The notes under the pieces: generated by a model | Told to the model about the DNA's origin: nothing | Databases searched by the model: none | What the model saw: only the letters and a program-made list of their open reading frames with translations | Part shown: positions 38,563-51,148 of the stretch, piece by piece | Layout: every line of letters starts with the position of its first letter | Position numbering within the stretch: position 1 is the stretch's first letter | Translations under genes and position numbers: made by a program | NCBI RefSeq assembly: GCF_009914755.1 | Contig: NC_060930.1 | Direction: 5' to 3' (one strand) | DNA length: 64,000 bases | Origin: the human T2T-CHM13v2.0 reference genome, Homo sapiens

Positions 38563-38826
38563 CACATGAATTTTCACAGCAGTTTTATTCATGATGGCCA
38601 AGAAACTGGACATAGCTTACTTATAGAAGAATGAACCAACAAACTGTGGTATGTTCATATTTTACAGTACTATTCATTCAAAAGAAAGGAACAAACTACT
38701 GTTACATGAAGTAATATGGATGATCTCAAAACTGTTAGGGTAAGTAAAAGAAGTCTTATGCAACTGATAAACTGTTTGATCAGAGTTATATGAAATTGTG
38801 AAATGTTCCAAACAATCTTATAATGT

Positions 38827-39058
38827 AAAAAAGAAAGAATGGAAGGGAGGAAAGGAAGGAAGGAAAGAAGGAAGGAAGGAAGGGAGGGAGGGAGGGAGGG
38901 AGGGAGGAAGGGGAGGGAGGGAGGGAAGGAAGAAGGAAAGAAGGAAGGGAAGGAAGGAAAGAAGGAAGGAAGGATGGAAGGAAGGAAAGAAGGAAGGAAG
39001 GAAAGAAGGAAGGAAGGAAGGAAGGAGAAAGAAAGAAAAAGAAAGAAAGAAAGAAAGG
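38827..39058. repeat. Polypurine (GGAA)/(GGGA)/(GAAA) tract, about 230 bp
   Basis: Almost purely A/G on the + strand. Confidence 0.95.
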
Positions 39059-39318
39059 TTGGTTGCTCCTTATGTTCTCAGCAGCAAGGGAAGAATATAT
39101 TGCAAAAGGGAATAAGGGGGTTTTTAGATTGATGATAACGGTCTATATCTTGATAGGAATTTCAGATATACAGTTACATGCATTTGTCAAAACTCAGTGA
39201 ATGCACATGTAATATTTGTGCAATTCTTTGAATGTACAGTTTATACCAAAATAGAAACAAAATCAAATATATTGAATTCAGTAGATGATATGCATGTTGA
39301 AGTACAAAGACAAAGTGA

Positions 39319-39427
39319 GGTCTGGTGTAGTGGCTGAGATGGGAGGATTCCTTAAGGTCAGAAGCCCAAGACCAGCTTGGGCAACATAGTGAGGCCTCGT
39401 TTCTACAAAATAAACAAACAAATAAAT
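39319..39427 (+). mobile_element. FLAM/Alu left monomer with internal deletion
   Basis: GAGATGGGAGGATTCCTTAAGGTCAGAAG..AAGACCAGCTTGGGCAACATAGTGAG; TSD AAAGACAAAG at 39306-39315 and 39428-39437. Confidence 0.85.
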
Positions 39428-39624
39428 AAAGACAAAGAGAAATAATATCTACAGTTTATTTTGAAATGAATAAAAATGAATATGGATTAGATGGATAGAT
39501 AAGCGGATAGATGGATAGATATGTGATAAACCAATTACAATGATAGCAATAGAATCAGTGATGATATATGGAAGTTCACTGTGAAATGTTGCTGTTTGAA
39601 TATTCCCTTAAAAAGTGTGAAAAT

Positions 39625-40495
39625 TAATTTTATTTTGAATACTAGCAAGAAAAAAATGAAAAATAAAATTTAAAAATATTTTCAATTACAACAGCATTAA
39701 AAAGAAAATATTTAGGAATAAATTTAAAATATATATGTATAAGACCACATACTGAAAAGTACAAAATATTGCTGAGTGAAAGACCTAAGCAAATGAAGAC
39801 ATGTGCTTTGAGTCACCAGGGAAATTCAGATTTTAACAACAATGGGATAATACTATACAACCACTAGAAAGCTTTAAAAAGATAGAAACATCAAGAGTTA
39901 GTGAGGAATGGAGAGCAACTGGAACTCTCATATATTATTTGTAAGAATGTAAAATTTTATAAATTCTTTGGGAACATTCAGGCAGTTTAAACTTAAGCAT
40001 GCACTTACCATGTGACCCAGAAATTCTACTCCTAGGTATCAACCCCAGAGAAATGAAAACGTGTGTCTACACTAAAGTCTTTTACCTGAATGTTCATAAC
40101 AGCTTTACTCATAATACCACCAAAGTAAATATAACTCAATATGCATCAACAGATGAATAGGTAAGCAAGTTATGTTTTATTTATAATACAGAACTATATT
40201 TTATAATAAAATTTGTATCTGATAAAACATACAGAATATTGATATACATAACAACATGGATAATTATAAAAACAACAGCAACAACAATAAACACAGAATG
40301 AAGAACTCTAAACACAAATTTTATTCATAGAAATTCTAAAAAAGACAATAATTTACCATGAGAGTGCACCCGTGATTGCTTAGGGTCACAATTAGGGACT
40401 TGGTTGGGAAGGGCACAGAGGAAGTTCTTTGCATGATGGAAATGCTCTATAGTTGATTGTTGTGGTGGTTACTTAGGCATATGCATTTGTGTCGA
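39625..40495 (+). mobile_element. L1ME fragment(s)
   Basis: GGAGAGCAACTGGAACTCTCATATATT, TTACCATGTGACCCAGAAATTCTACTCCTAGGTAT, GATGGAAATGCTCTAT. Confidence 0.75.
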
Positions 40496-40499
40496 AAAT

Positions 40500-41385
40500 G
40501 TCATTCTTCCTTCCAATCTCCATCTATGACCTAATCTCTTTCTAAACTTTTTCATATTAGGAAATGATATCACCATCTACTTGATCAATTGAGCCTATAT
40601 CCCATGCATTCTTCTTGACTATTTACTTATGCCCTACATCTAAAACACCACAAAGTTTATGCTGTATCTTGAAAATATTATTTAATCTGTTCACTTCTCT
40701 TTCTTTGTAGTGCTACTCTCCTTCTAAGTCGTCATTATCTCTAGCCTAAATTACAGCAATAGCTTCCTCATTGGCTGTGGTCTTCTATTCTTGGATCCCA
40801 TAGCTCATTGTTTACACAACAGCTAGAGTGGATGTAAAAAAAATACCTAATAAATAAGCAAATAATAATTCAACTTTTTTTGTGGCCTACATAGACTTCC
40901 TTGATCTGGCATTGCCTATTTCCCAGCCCCTTCTCCTTCTTCATTGTACTCTAGCCACACTGAGCCTCTGTCTGTATTCTGAATTTGCTGAGCTTGTTGC
41001 CATCTTTGGAATACTGTATTACCATTCTTTCTGTCATCACCCTTTCACAGTCTCATTGAATGGTTCTTTTCCATACTTCAGGCCTCAACACAAATGTCTC
41101 CTAAGTAATGTCCACTTAGAGCATCCTTTTGAAATTAACTGCTCACCTCTCCCCCCTGCACACACCTCTTATTCTCTATCACATCATCTGTTCTTTTTTA
41201 TTTTTTAGTATTTATTGCATTCTGAAATGACTTATTTGTGTTTTTGTTTAATGGTTTATGTTTTCTGTCACTTGAATGAAAACATGTAGGATAATTGTCA
41301 GCCTTGTTTACTGCTGTACCTTGAGAGCCCAAAACAATGCCTTGCACAGAAGACTTTCATAAATATTTGTTGTGTGAATAAATAT
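40500..41385 (+). mobile_element. L2 (L2a/b) 3' part
   Basis: TTCAGGCCTCAACACAAATGTC, CTTGTTTACTGCTGTACC, AATGCCTTGCACAGAAGAC..AAATATTTGTTGTGTGAATAAAT. Confidence 0.8.
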
Positions 41386-41419
41386 GATGACCAGCACTTT
41401 GATTAAATATAGGAAGAAA

Positions 41420-41775
41420 ATCAGATGAGTATTTAAAAAATTATTACATTTTGTGATGATTAAAGTAATATATGTTCACTGAAAAAATTTGAAAAATATA
41501 CAAATCATAAAAGGGCAATAAAATCACTATCTAGGGGTAAAATATGTACAATTCTGGTGACTGTCCTTCTCATTTCTTTCTCTATCTTTTCTTCTCTCTC
41601 CCCATTTCCATCAAAAAGGATTATTCTGAATTACCACTATTGGTACTTACCTATATATATCATGAATTTTTTTCAATCGATTAAGTATTTATATAAAGCA
41701 TGATTTTTAATGGATGCATAGTATTCAATTCTAAGTTGGTATTTACCTGCTTCCTTATTGTTAAACATTAAAGTC
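41420..41775 (-). mobile_element. L1ME 3' UTR fragment
   Basis: AAAGTAATATATGTTCACTGAAAAAATTTGAAAAATATACA and TTTTAATGGATGCATAGTATTC. Confidence 0.6.
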
Positions 41776-41930
41776 TTTGTGCCTAATTTCCTTATTTGTA
41801 AATTGGGATAATAAGACCCATCGTTTTCTAGGATTATCATGAGGATTAAAAAAGTCTGATGAATGTTAACTGTTTAGAACAGCTCCTGGCACAGCACTCA
41901 ATAAAAATGAGATGATGATAATAATTGTTA
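41776..41930 (+). mobile_element. MIR SINE
   Basis: GTGCCTAATTTCCTTATTTGTAAATTGGGATAATAA...TGAGGATTAAA...AGAACAGCTCCTGGCACAG. Confidence 0.75.
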
Positions 41931-43017
41931 AGATTACTAATTTTTTTAGTCAGGTCTATAAAACTTTTTCTTTTTAGATCAAGCTATAAAATGTCATGAG
42001 AAGCATGGAACCTGAATAAGCCAATGAGCCTAGGAAGTACCATGTGTGAGGACAACATATGAAATATCAAGGACTTGTGCTTCTTAGTTCTTCTTATTCT
42101 AGGGGCTATATTGGTTGACTCTGAGATAGCTTGATGTAGAGTATAATTATTAATAAATAGTTCAAGCCTTTGAAGTGCCACATAAAATTCCAGAGGAATG
42201 TATCTCCAGGAGTCTCAATTTCCCAATTTAGTATATAATTAATTTAAGCTTCATAGAGGAGAAGCGATGTGGTCACTTTTAACATAAGGCATTCATTGCT
42301 GGGGTATTCATTTCTCTCATTGTCTGTCTCCTATAATATTTAGCTTCCTCTAAAATATTAATGCTCTATGAACGACTTAACATAAATGTTTGAGGAAAAG
42401 ATACTACTATATGGAAAGAATTATAGCAATCCTGACTTTAACTCTTCTACTCTCTGTGGATGGCTTGTTTTGCCTTCTCAAGAGCCCTCTTCTTATGAGG
42501 ATTTAGTCTCCTCAACAGTCATTACATTGTCTTACTAAGACTGCTTTTCCCATCCTGGAGCTTCTGACCTACAGGCTGTTGGTATCCTCTAAAGACATTT
42601 TATATGTGTGGCAAACCCAGATTCACGTTCTGATCATTGTCTGAAACCTCTCATTTATGGCATTGAGTTCGTTGTTAATTATATGTATTTGGGGTAGAGT
42701 GTCATCTAGCTGATTGCTTACTGCTTTCTCTATGGGCTGCTGAACACAAGTTTCATTTCATGTTCTTAGTAGCTGTAACTAGGTAAATGGATTAGTGAAA
42801 AGATAACAATCTAATGTAGCTCTATGTGGGAAATTGTATATGGTCCATTTTTCAAACAACAAGAGAAAAACAGAATCCCTGAATATAAGTACCTTTGAAG
42901 GTACTTATATTTAAGGTACTTATATTTAGACTTACAGTTTTAGAAATGGTTTTAAGAGGATCCCATCCTCTGCCTGCAGGGATGAAACCTATCAAAATCC
43001 ATCCACCACACTATTCA

Positions 43018-43105
43018 TGTTTAAGGGTTCAAGTGCTCCATAGCCACATGTGGGTAGTGGCTACTATATTTGATGTTTCCATCACCACAGAAAAATCTAG
43101 CAGAT
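43018..43105. mobile_element. MER3/MER33-like hAT fragment
   Basis: TTCAAGTGCTCCATAGCCACATGTGGGTAGTGGCTAC...TTTCCATCACCACAGAAA. Confidence 0.65.
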
Positions 43106-44277
43106 TCTAGGAGATTCACGACTTATGTGTTTCTGTAAATAATTTGAAAAGCAAGTGAAAATTACTACTGATGTGGGGGGTGCTAATGGGCTAGCCTATG
43201 GAGGAGGGGGACAGCAAGGCCACTGCTAGTGACAAAAGGAGGTGGAGGCAGGACACGAGCCCAAGAAAGTGGGCAGTGAAAGTAGAGCTCACTAGGCGAA
43301 TGTAGATAAGTCGGATATTCTAGAGAGGCAGAACGATAGACCTGAGCTGAAGAATAAATTATGGAAGAAACCAAGATATTGTCTAATTGCAAGTTGGACT
43401 AGTGATAGCTTTTCACAATTCCTTTAATAATCTTTATATGGTTAAATAATTTTATATATTATATACATATTTATAACATATAAAAATACTAAAGTCAAAA
43501 TTCAAAAATAAAAGAATGAGCAACATGGGCATTCCACAGCAATCTTAAAATAATTAAGGCAAGGACAGGGTTCCAAGATTGATTTTAAGACTGAATCTCT
43601 CGAGTCATTCATGGTTGTGGGATTCGAGACAGAATGGCCATTTGTCATGAAAAGACTGGTTATGTGCAAAATCAGAGCTTCAGACTGAGCACTAAGTCAT
43701 CCTTCAATGGATGCACTTGCAGCTGCATTAAGCGGGGGCCCAGTGAGATCTGAACCGAGGCTGTCTAGGCATTAACAGACAAGGAAGGAGTCAGGGAAAA
43801 TATTATCCCACAGAAGTAGCTAATGAGTGTAAGATTCAGTCTGTGATACATGGGTATTCCGAGCCTGGGAGCGGGCATCATATATTTCTCAATCAATGGG
43901 CAATTCCATGGCTGCCTTGGGGCTGAAATGGTGGAGAACAAAAACAATTGCTAATTCTCAGGCTTATTTACAAAGGGATACAATTCTATTAGAACCATTT
44001 TAACAAGTTCCTAAAAGGAAAGGTAGTATACTGTGTACTTTTGTCACCCCAAATCAACGTAACCCCCCATTTCCAGCTCCAACAATGGTACCTTCCCCTT
44101 TTCTGAGGCAGAATGGGAGCTGGAATTTTCTATGAGGGTCATTCTGACCTTTATTCCCCTCAGGCACAGACTGAGAAGAAATGAAAGCTCAATTGTATCT
44201 CAAAGTCTGTGGTTTGGTAAGTCTCAGCCTTTTCCCACCATCTTTTGCTGGCTCTGCATTTACCATGTTACTACCAA

Positions 44278-44281
<4 letters not shown>

Positions 44282-44317
<36 letters not shown>
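44282..44317. repeat. (TAA)12 microsatellite
   Basis: Read directly. Confidence 0.95.
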
Positions 44318-44739
44318 GCAGATCTAGATGATCTTAAGACTGAAGGTGGAGCTAGTGGAAATGGATCTGCTTCTAATGGATTTTCATAAAAACCTCATAC
44401 ACTTCTTAAGGGTGGTGATTCCTATTTGAGAAACTTTTCTAGATTAGCGGTTTTATTTCTTGTTATTTTTAATTAGTCAAAAATATAGACATAAAGAATT
44501 CTTTTCAATAGGTAGAGACCTGGGTTTTAAATGAAACCTGATAATTTAGTGTGACTTCTTCCATATACTGAAATGCATAAGGAGAAGGTTCTTTTAGTTT
44601 ATTGAGCTATTTACTTTCTGATACTGTAGTGTTTAGAATGAGGACTGAGTGTTATCAAGAAAAGATCAAATGTTTAGCAAGGATAAAACATGCATGATGT
44701 CTTTCAGAAATTTTAATCTAAAATGACTAAAGTATATAT

Positions 44740-45330
44740 TAGCTTTTTAATTATAGAAAAATTTAAACATATACCAAAGTACAAAATATAAGAAAAGCCC
44801 ATGTGCCCATCTCCCAGCTTCAACAATTATCAACATATACAATATTGTTTCACCTACAGCCCTTCTCTCTATAGCCCTACCTCTGACTGTTTCAGTTTGC
44901 TGGAAAGCCTAGAAATTATATCATTTCATCAGCATGCATCTCTGAAGCAAAAGGACATTTTTTTTTTAACATCACAAGCTTCTAGTTTTAACTACAGAAA
45001 ATACAGGATAGCACATTAAAGGATGTCAAAAGAATACAATCAGCAAAATTCCCAATGCTAATAATTCTACAGGATGAAAACTCAGTTTCCTTAACAAATA
45101 AATTACAATGGATAAAATAAGATTAAGGGAAAACCTATAAGTGGAAGAGACTCAGACACACATTGATTCTAACCAACAATTATGAGACAATTAAGGAAAT
45201 TTAAACAGTGACTGGATATTTGATGATATTAAGTGATATTAAGAAATTACCACGTACTTCACACCCCCTCTTTTTTAAAGGTAGGTGAGATAATGACTTT
45301 ATGGTTGTGGCAAGAACGTAGTTTAATACT
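44740..45330. mobile_element. L1MC4/5-like 3' UTR fragments (antisense then sense)
   Basis: AAAATTTAAACATATACCAAAGTA...CCCAGCTTCAACAATTATCAAC; GACTGGATATTTGATGATATTAAG. Confidence 0.6.
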
Positions 45331-46354
45331 TTGCCATTGAAAAATAATATTAAATCCTCATCTATCTGGACAGGTTGATAACCCAGAATGATTCTTAACT
45401 GAAGAGTTGTGGGTAATTCTCTTCTTTCTGTGGTAATTTTCATTTACTAAATAGTAGAAGGAGAAAAGTGACAATGAAATATGAAATGAAATAAAATAAA
45501 ATAAAATAAAATAAGAAATCCTGAGCTCAAAGGTAAACCTACTGACGTCTGATTCCTTTTGTTTTGAGAAGCCAAGAGCTGGTATTTTTTTAAGGGTGAA
45601 AGAACAGTGCAGGGAAGCCATTGCTATTTAAGTGTTTTGGTTTTTTTTCTAATATATCTAGAAACAAACCTGGAGTTTAGTAGTACTTCTCTGCTTTTAT
45701 GAGTTTTGCCTTATTAAAAGTAGAGGAACCTGTTATCTTATGAATACAGTTTACACACCCTCCTCTGTCCTGCAGGGGTGACATAGGCAATTGAAAAAGG
45801 CACAGAGAAGATTTCTTGGGCTTTTTCTTTTTTAAAGCTTTCCACACCATGCCATATATTTAAATAACAGGCTAAGATAGGGAGTGATGAGTCTCTCAAG
45901 GAAATAAAGACGGTGCACTCATTACAAGGCTCATTAAGAATAAAGTGCAGGAAGGGGGCTCTGAGAACAGACTCTCATCCTGGTATTTATTAGGACAAAG
46001 CACTCTCTTTAATGGGGCACCTAAAAAGCTCTCTGCTACAATTATTATTAGGCATTAGTGCTTTTACTAACTTCTTGGGATCGTCTTTGCCCTTCTGTCT
46101 GCCTTGGCAAACAGTTGACAACAACACCCTTGTGTTCCAGGCTCCTGTGGCAGATTCATTCTCACTTTTCCTGTCTGTGCTCAGGAGTCCTATGTTTCCA
46201 GTCTGTGAGGGCACTTGAAAATTGGACCTCCCTTTAGAGCAAATTGAAGGATATCACCACACTTTATTGCTTATTTCTTCTCCTGAGTCCTTTTTTTCCT
46301 TCATTGTAGATACAACTCAACTCGTTAGCTCCCTTTTTCTCTCTCTCCCCAAAG

Positions 46355-46567
46355 GCAACTGTTGGGAAACTTTTTGAAGTATCAAATAATACAACTAGTA
46401 AAGAGTTTAAGCTTTGTGGCCCGTAGGGTTTCTGTTGCATGTGATAGTGCAAAAGCAGCCACCAACCATACATAAATAAATGTGTATGGTTGTATTTCAA
46501 TAAAATTTTACTTACAAAAATAAGTGGTGGCCAGGTTTGGCCACAGGCTGTAGTTTGTTAATTTGTA
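46355..46567. mobile_element. MER58A-like hAT-Charlie MITE
   Basis: GCTTTGTGGCCCGTAGGGTTTCTGTTGCA, AAAAGCAGCCA, CAATAAAATTTTACTTACAAAAATAAGTGGTGGCCAGGTTTGGCC. Confidence 0.8.
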
Positions 46568-46672
46568 TGATAATGTTCTAAAAGGGAAGTTCTCATTCCA
46601 CTTATGAAATAAAAGTAGCCATGTAGTATTTTCAAAGTTTTAATTTTGTTCAGATGATGGTTCATCAGTTAA

Positions 46673-46999
<327 letters not shown>

Positions 47000-47490
47000 T
47001 AAGTTTTTAATACCAGCTATGTGCCAGGCTCTGTGCTAGGTACTAAGAATACAGAATCATAAAACCCGAGATTACCATCTTGTAAACAGTTGGACAGACA
47101 AGCAGATAGCTACAAAGTGATCTACTTAATGCTATAATAGACACGTGGGTGTATGAGACTGTAGGTTAAGGGAATGAAAGCATTCCTGAGACTTAAAGCA
47201 TTAAGAAGATTTTACCAGGCAGTGGGCATTTTGAGAGGAAACAGCCTAGGAAAATGCATAGACACCCAAGAAAATAGACCTGTTCCCGGGGCTTTAAGAA
47301 TTTGAGTGTTACTGCAGCACCAGTATATGTACAGGCTTTAGGAAGGAGGCTTTAAGCAGGGATGGGAGGAGGAATTATTTAGGAGAACAGGAGGCTGGGC
47401 AGGTGGGAAAGTCATGCTCTGTGCTAAGGTGTTAAGCTTTTATTTTGTAGGATATGGGTGCCATTGAACAACTTTCATCATAGGAATGCC
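47000..47490 (-). mobile_element. L2 fragment
   Basis: CTATGTGCCAGGCTCTGTGCTAGGTACTAAGAATACAG; TAAGGTGTTAAGCTTTTATTTTGTAGG..GCCATTGA. Confidence 0.7.
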
Positions 47491-49132
47491 ACGGTGAGGT
47501 TTCCCTGCTACTGGCTGGGAAAGAATGTGAAAGATGCAATCCATAAGTCCTTAAAGGCTTTGACTGTTCCTCTGGAAAGCTGTCAAAAAGAAGCAAACGT
47601 TTCCAGAACTTGGATGTAGAAAGCCAGTAAGACAACTTAAATAGTATGAATATCTTTCCTGTTCACTTTCCATTTGAGCTCCTGGGGCCAACTATGTTAG
47701 CAGTGGATGGTAAATGTTTGTTTGCTGCAGAAAGGAATAAATCTCACTTAGTTCAGTGACAAGAGGAGGAGAATCATTAGGGCTAATAATTACACGATCT
47801 ATAGTGAATAGCTTCCTTCTGAGTATGATTTGAGGGCTGCTAGGAATCCCCTTGCCCTGAAATGACATCCATCCCCCTTCTGCAGCATCTAAAATTACAC
47901 AACTGGAGATCTGACTTCTTCAGGTTGAGCGTTGCCCTCTCTAGGAAAGGTATTTTAAGATGCAAATGCTCCTAGGAAACATGATATATGATGTCAATCA
48001 TAACCTAGTGTGAATGAGGATATAAATCTGACAGAGACTCAGGAAAACATAGACCCCTGAAAAGGAAATTAGGAGAAGTCTTTTAAAATAACAAAAAGAC
48101 TACATAACCAAGGATGCAGAGAGCAAAGGACAAAGACTAACTGCCTCCTTCTCAATATGGCCTAGGGCAGCATTGAGCGTAATAAGGTGGACAAGGAGAG
48201 GCATAAAATAGCAACTGATTAATAAACATGGGCAGGAGAAGTGTATATTTTTCAGACTCAATGGAATTTTTACTGCTTAACAATTCCACAGCCAATTTGT
48301 AAAGCTGTCTGGGAGTGTTCAGTCTGTGTGAGGCAGACACAAGAAAGGGGAGGGAGACAATTAGGAGGTAAAAGATGCTTCAGACAAGGAATGGGCTGCA
48401 AGTGACAACTGAATGAACCCCCCTCTCTCACTTCTGGCAGCTCTTATTCTTTTCCCAACAAGCTCCTACTTGCTGCTTTGTCTTATGAATGCAAAACTAA
48501 AGTGCTTGGGTGAATAAACAAGAACTCTTTATCAAGGAGAGACAGTGCCCAGTTTCTCTGGGCTTGGTGTCTGTTCCTGTGTGAGGCCCATTGATTGGAA
48601 GCTGGTGAGAGATGCGAGGGCACATTGCCTCCTTGATGACAAAGCAACCAAGTCTGGGATCGCAGACTGAACTCATCAGAAATTGTCCATCTACTTCTGG
48701 CGTCATGATGTGAACCTAAGAAATATATTTCTGAAGCAGGGGCCTGCCTAGATAAGGCCAAAAAACCACCTCAGGCTTTCTTGATTGATTCATTTATACA
48801 TTGAACATTTAACCACATTTACTGCAGACCCACTCTGTGTGCATGTCCTGATTAGATGCTGAGGACATTCAAAGGCACATGCAGGGATGACTATAACACA
48901 AGGCAGGTGCACAAGACTGATGGAGAAGTATGCCAAATAACACAGAAGCAAGGTTACCATCTGAGCATAAAGGATAAATAAAAGCTGATATTCCTCAACT
49001 GCAGAGGCAACCTAAGAGATGGGACAAGTGTGAAAGAAGAGTCTACATGATAACTTAATGTGCCTAGCAATGTGATTTGAGATAATATGAACAAGTCTGA
49101 CCGGAATGTGAAGTAATTCAGGAAGTTGAAAC

Positions 49133-49700
49133 CAGGGCCAGCTATATAGTTGCCTGGTCCTATGCAAAACAAAAATGCAGGACCTCTTGTTCAAAGAGCA
49201 GGAGATAAAGGGCATTTTAGTGCCCTTAAAGGTACCAAAGTGTGCAACATATCTCTTTCTTCTGTGGTATCTCTCCTGGCCTGTCTTTTTCTTGTCTTTT
49301 TGTATTTAATGTCATGTTCCTTGGGAACAGGGCTACATGCTGGCTGAGTGCAGGTCCTCACATATGCCCAGGGCCCTGACCCATGACTCGGCATGTGACA
49401 GCACAAGACTCACCAGCTGCCAGGTTTTGTGTCCCACCAGCCACCCTACAGAGGCACCCTGCGACATCCAGAGGTGGGGAAGTCAATCTCCCCTTCTTGT
49501 GTGTCTGCACCTCAGCCCATCAGACAGGTGTCCCCCAAAGGATTGCACCCTCCTTTCAGGGACGTACTATATTTGGATGGGTGTGGGCAAGAAGTTCAGC
49601 TCCATTCCCTCTACTGGGTTGGTGCCTCCATCCCCCAGCTGCTCTGAGTATTGGTTCTACCCTTCTCCAGGGTACTGTGTGCAGCCAGTGGTGCTGCCTT
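49133..49700. mobile_element. MER45-family hAT-Tip100 element (right boundary uncertain)
   Basis: CAGGGCCAGCTATATAGTTGC..GCAAAACAAAAATGCAGGACCTCTTGTTCAAA...TTAAAGGTAC. Confidence 0.65.
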
Positions 49701-49769
49701 GAGAAAAGACGCCTAGGAAGTTATGCAGCCTCTCACCTCAGGACTGGGGTGGGATGGTGGGGAGGGGCT

Positions 49770-50037
49770 GGCCTGCAGGTAATAATTGACTGATATGGAG
49801 TTGTCATTGTGCTCAATGTGGGACAACTCTGAGGTACCGTTTGCATGCTAGGCTAGACCTCCTACGGACTCAGGCCAGCATTCTCCAAGTGAACCCACAT
49901 CTTTGTCTAGCTTCTTTCCCCACCATATCCTGATTCTCTCTCTCCTTCAAGTTTCACCTGAAAACACTTCCTCATTAAATCACTTGCACAGGAGCCTCGG
50001 TCTCAGATTCTGCTTCTAAGGAAATTCAGCCAAGACA
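49770..50037 (+). mobile_element. LTR16-like ERVL LTR 3' part
   Basis: GTGGGACAACTCTGAGG ... CACTTCCTCATTAAATCACTTGCACAGGAGCCTCGGTCTCAGATTCTGCTTCT..AAGACA. Confidence 0.7.
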
Positions 50038-50215
50038 AAGTGAAAATGGAATCAGATGTGCTCATGGTGGGGCTGGGGTCATGTTGCAGGATTAAATAGA
50101 TAGTCAAAATAGGCCTCATTGAGAAAGTAAGCCTTTCATCAAAGACCTAAAGAGGATGAGAGAAATAACCAAGAGTAGAAACATTCCAGTCAGAGGGCAC
50201 AATTAGAGCAAAGGC

Positions 50216-50736
50216 TGTATAGTAGTAAGAATAATACACACTGCCACATCTCCCACTGCCAGATTAGACATCTTAATCTGCAGAACTTGTGAATATGTTA
50301 AGTTACACAGCAAAGGGAAATTGATGTTGCAGATAAATTAGGGTTGCTAAACAGCTGACTTTAAGATAGAGAAATAAGCCTGGATTATCCAGGTGAGCCC
50401 AGTGTAATCACAAGCGTCCTTAAAAGTAGAAGAGAAAGGCAGAAAAGGAGGTTGGAGGAAAGTGTGACCACAGAAGGAAGGCATGGAGATGTAATACTAC
50501 TGGCTTTGAAGACAGAGGAATAAGATGTGAGCCAGAGAATGTGGATGTCTCTGGAAACTGGAAATGGCAAGGACATGGATTCTCTCCTAGAGCCTTCAAA
50601 AGGAAATACCTTGATTTTAGCCCAGTGAGACTCATGTTCGACTTCTGACCCACAGAATTGCAAGGTAACACATTTCTATTGTTTCAAGGCAAAATTTTGT
50701 AATAATTTGTTATGGCAGCCATAGAAAATGAATACA
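50216..50736 (+). mobile_element. MLT1D-like MaLR solo LTR
   Basis: GAACTTGTGAATATGTTA, CCTGGATTATCCAGGTGAGCCC, GATTCTCTCCTAGAGCCT, GCAGCCATAGAAAATGAATACA. Confidence 0.88.
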
Positions 50737-50785
50737 GGCCCTAAGGCAGAAGCATACCTGATATGTGAGATGACCAGTAAGGAGG

Positions 50786-51148
50786 TGTATTAGTCCATTT
50801 TCACGCTGCTGATAAAGACATACTCGAGATTGGGCAATTTACAAACGAAAGAGGTTTAATTGGACTTATAGCTGTACGTGGCTGGGGAAGGTCTCAGAAT
50901 CACAGCAGAGGGTGAAAGGCACTTCTTACAGGTCAGTGGCAAGAGAGAATGAGGAGGAAGCAAAAGTGGTAACCCCTGATAAACCCATCAGATCTCATGA
51001 GACTTATTCACTATCATGAGAATAGCACAGGAAAGACCGGCCCCCATGATTCAATTACCTCCCCCTGGGTCCCTCCCACAACATATGGGAATTCTGGGAG
51101 ATACAATTCAATATGAGATTTGGGCGGGGACACAGCCAAACCATATCA
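50786..51148 (-). mobile_element. THE1A-like MaLR solo LTR
   Basis: TGTATTAGTCCATTTTCACGCTGCTGATAAAGACATAC ... GGGGACACAGCCAAACCATATCA; perfect TSD GGAGG at 50781-50785 and 51149-51153. Confidence 0.93.

Larger units (their letters stand above)
37216..39620 (+). mobile_element. Old L1M (L1ME2-like host) distal ORF2 and 3' UTR, interrupted by Tigger3, L1PA4, a purine tract and a FLAM
   Basis: CCTTACCTCACACCATACATAAAA, CATTTGTCAAAACTCAG, GATGGATAGATATGTGATAAA motifs. Confidence 0.7.

Noticed and set aside
38798-39132. Charged low-complexity ORFs (EGRK repeats)
   Set aside because: Translation of the GGAA microsatellite.
49337-49793. Overlapping 121- and 136-aa ORFs
   Set aside because: They lie in GC-rich MER45/LTR-derived sequence, with no recognisable domain or splice structure.
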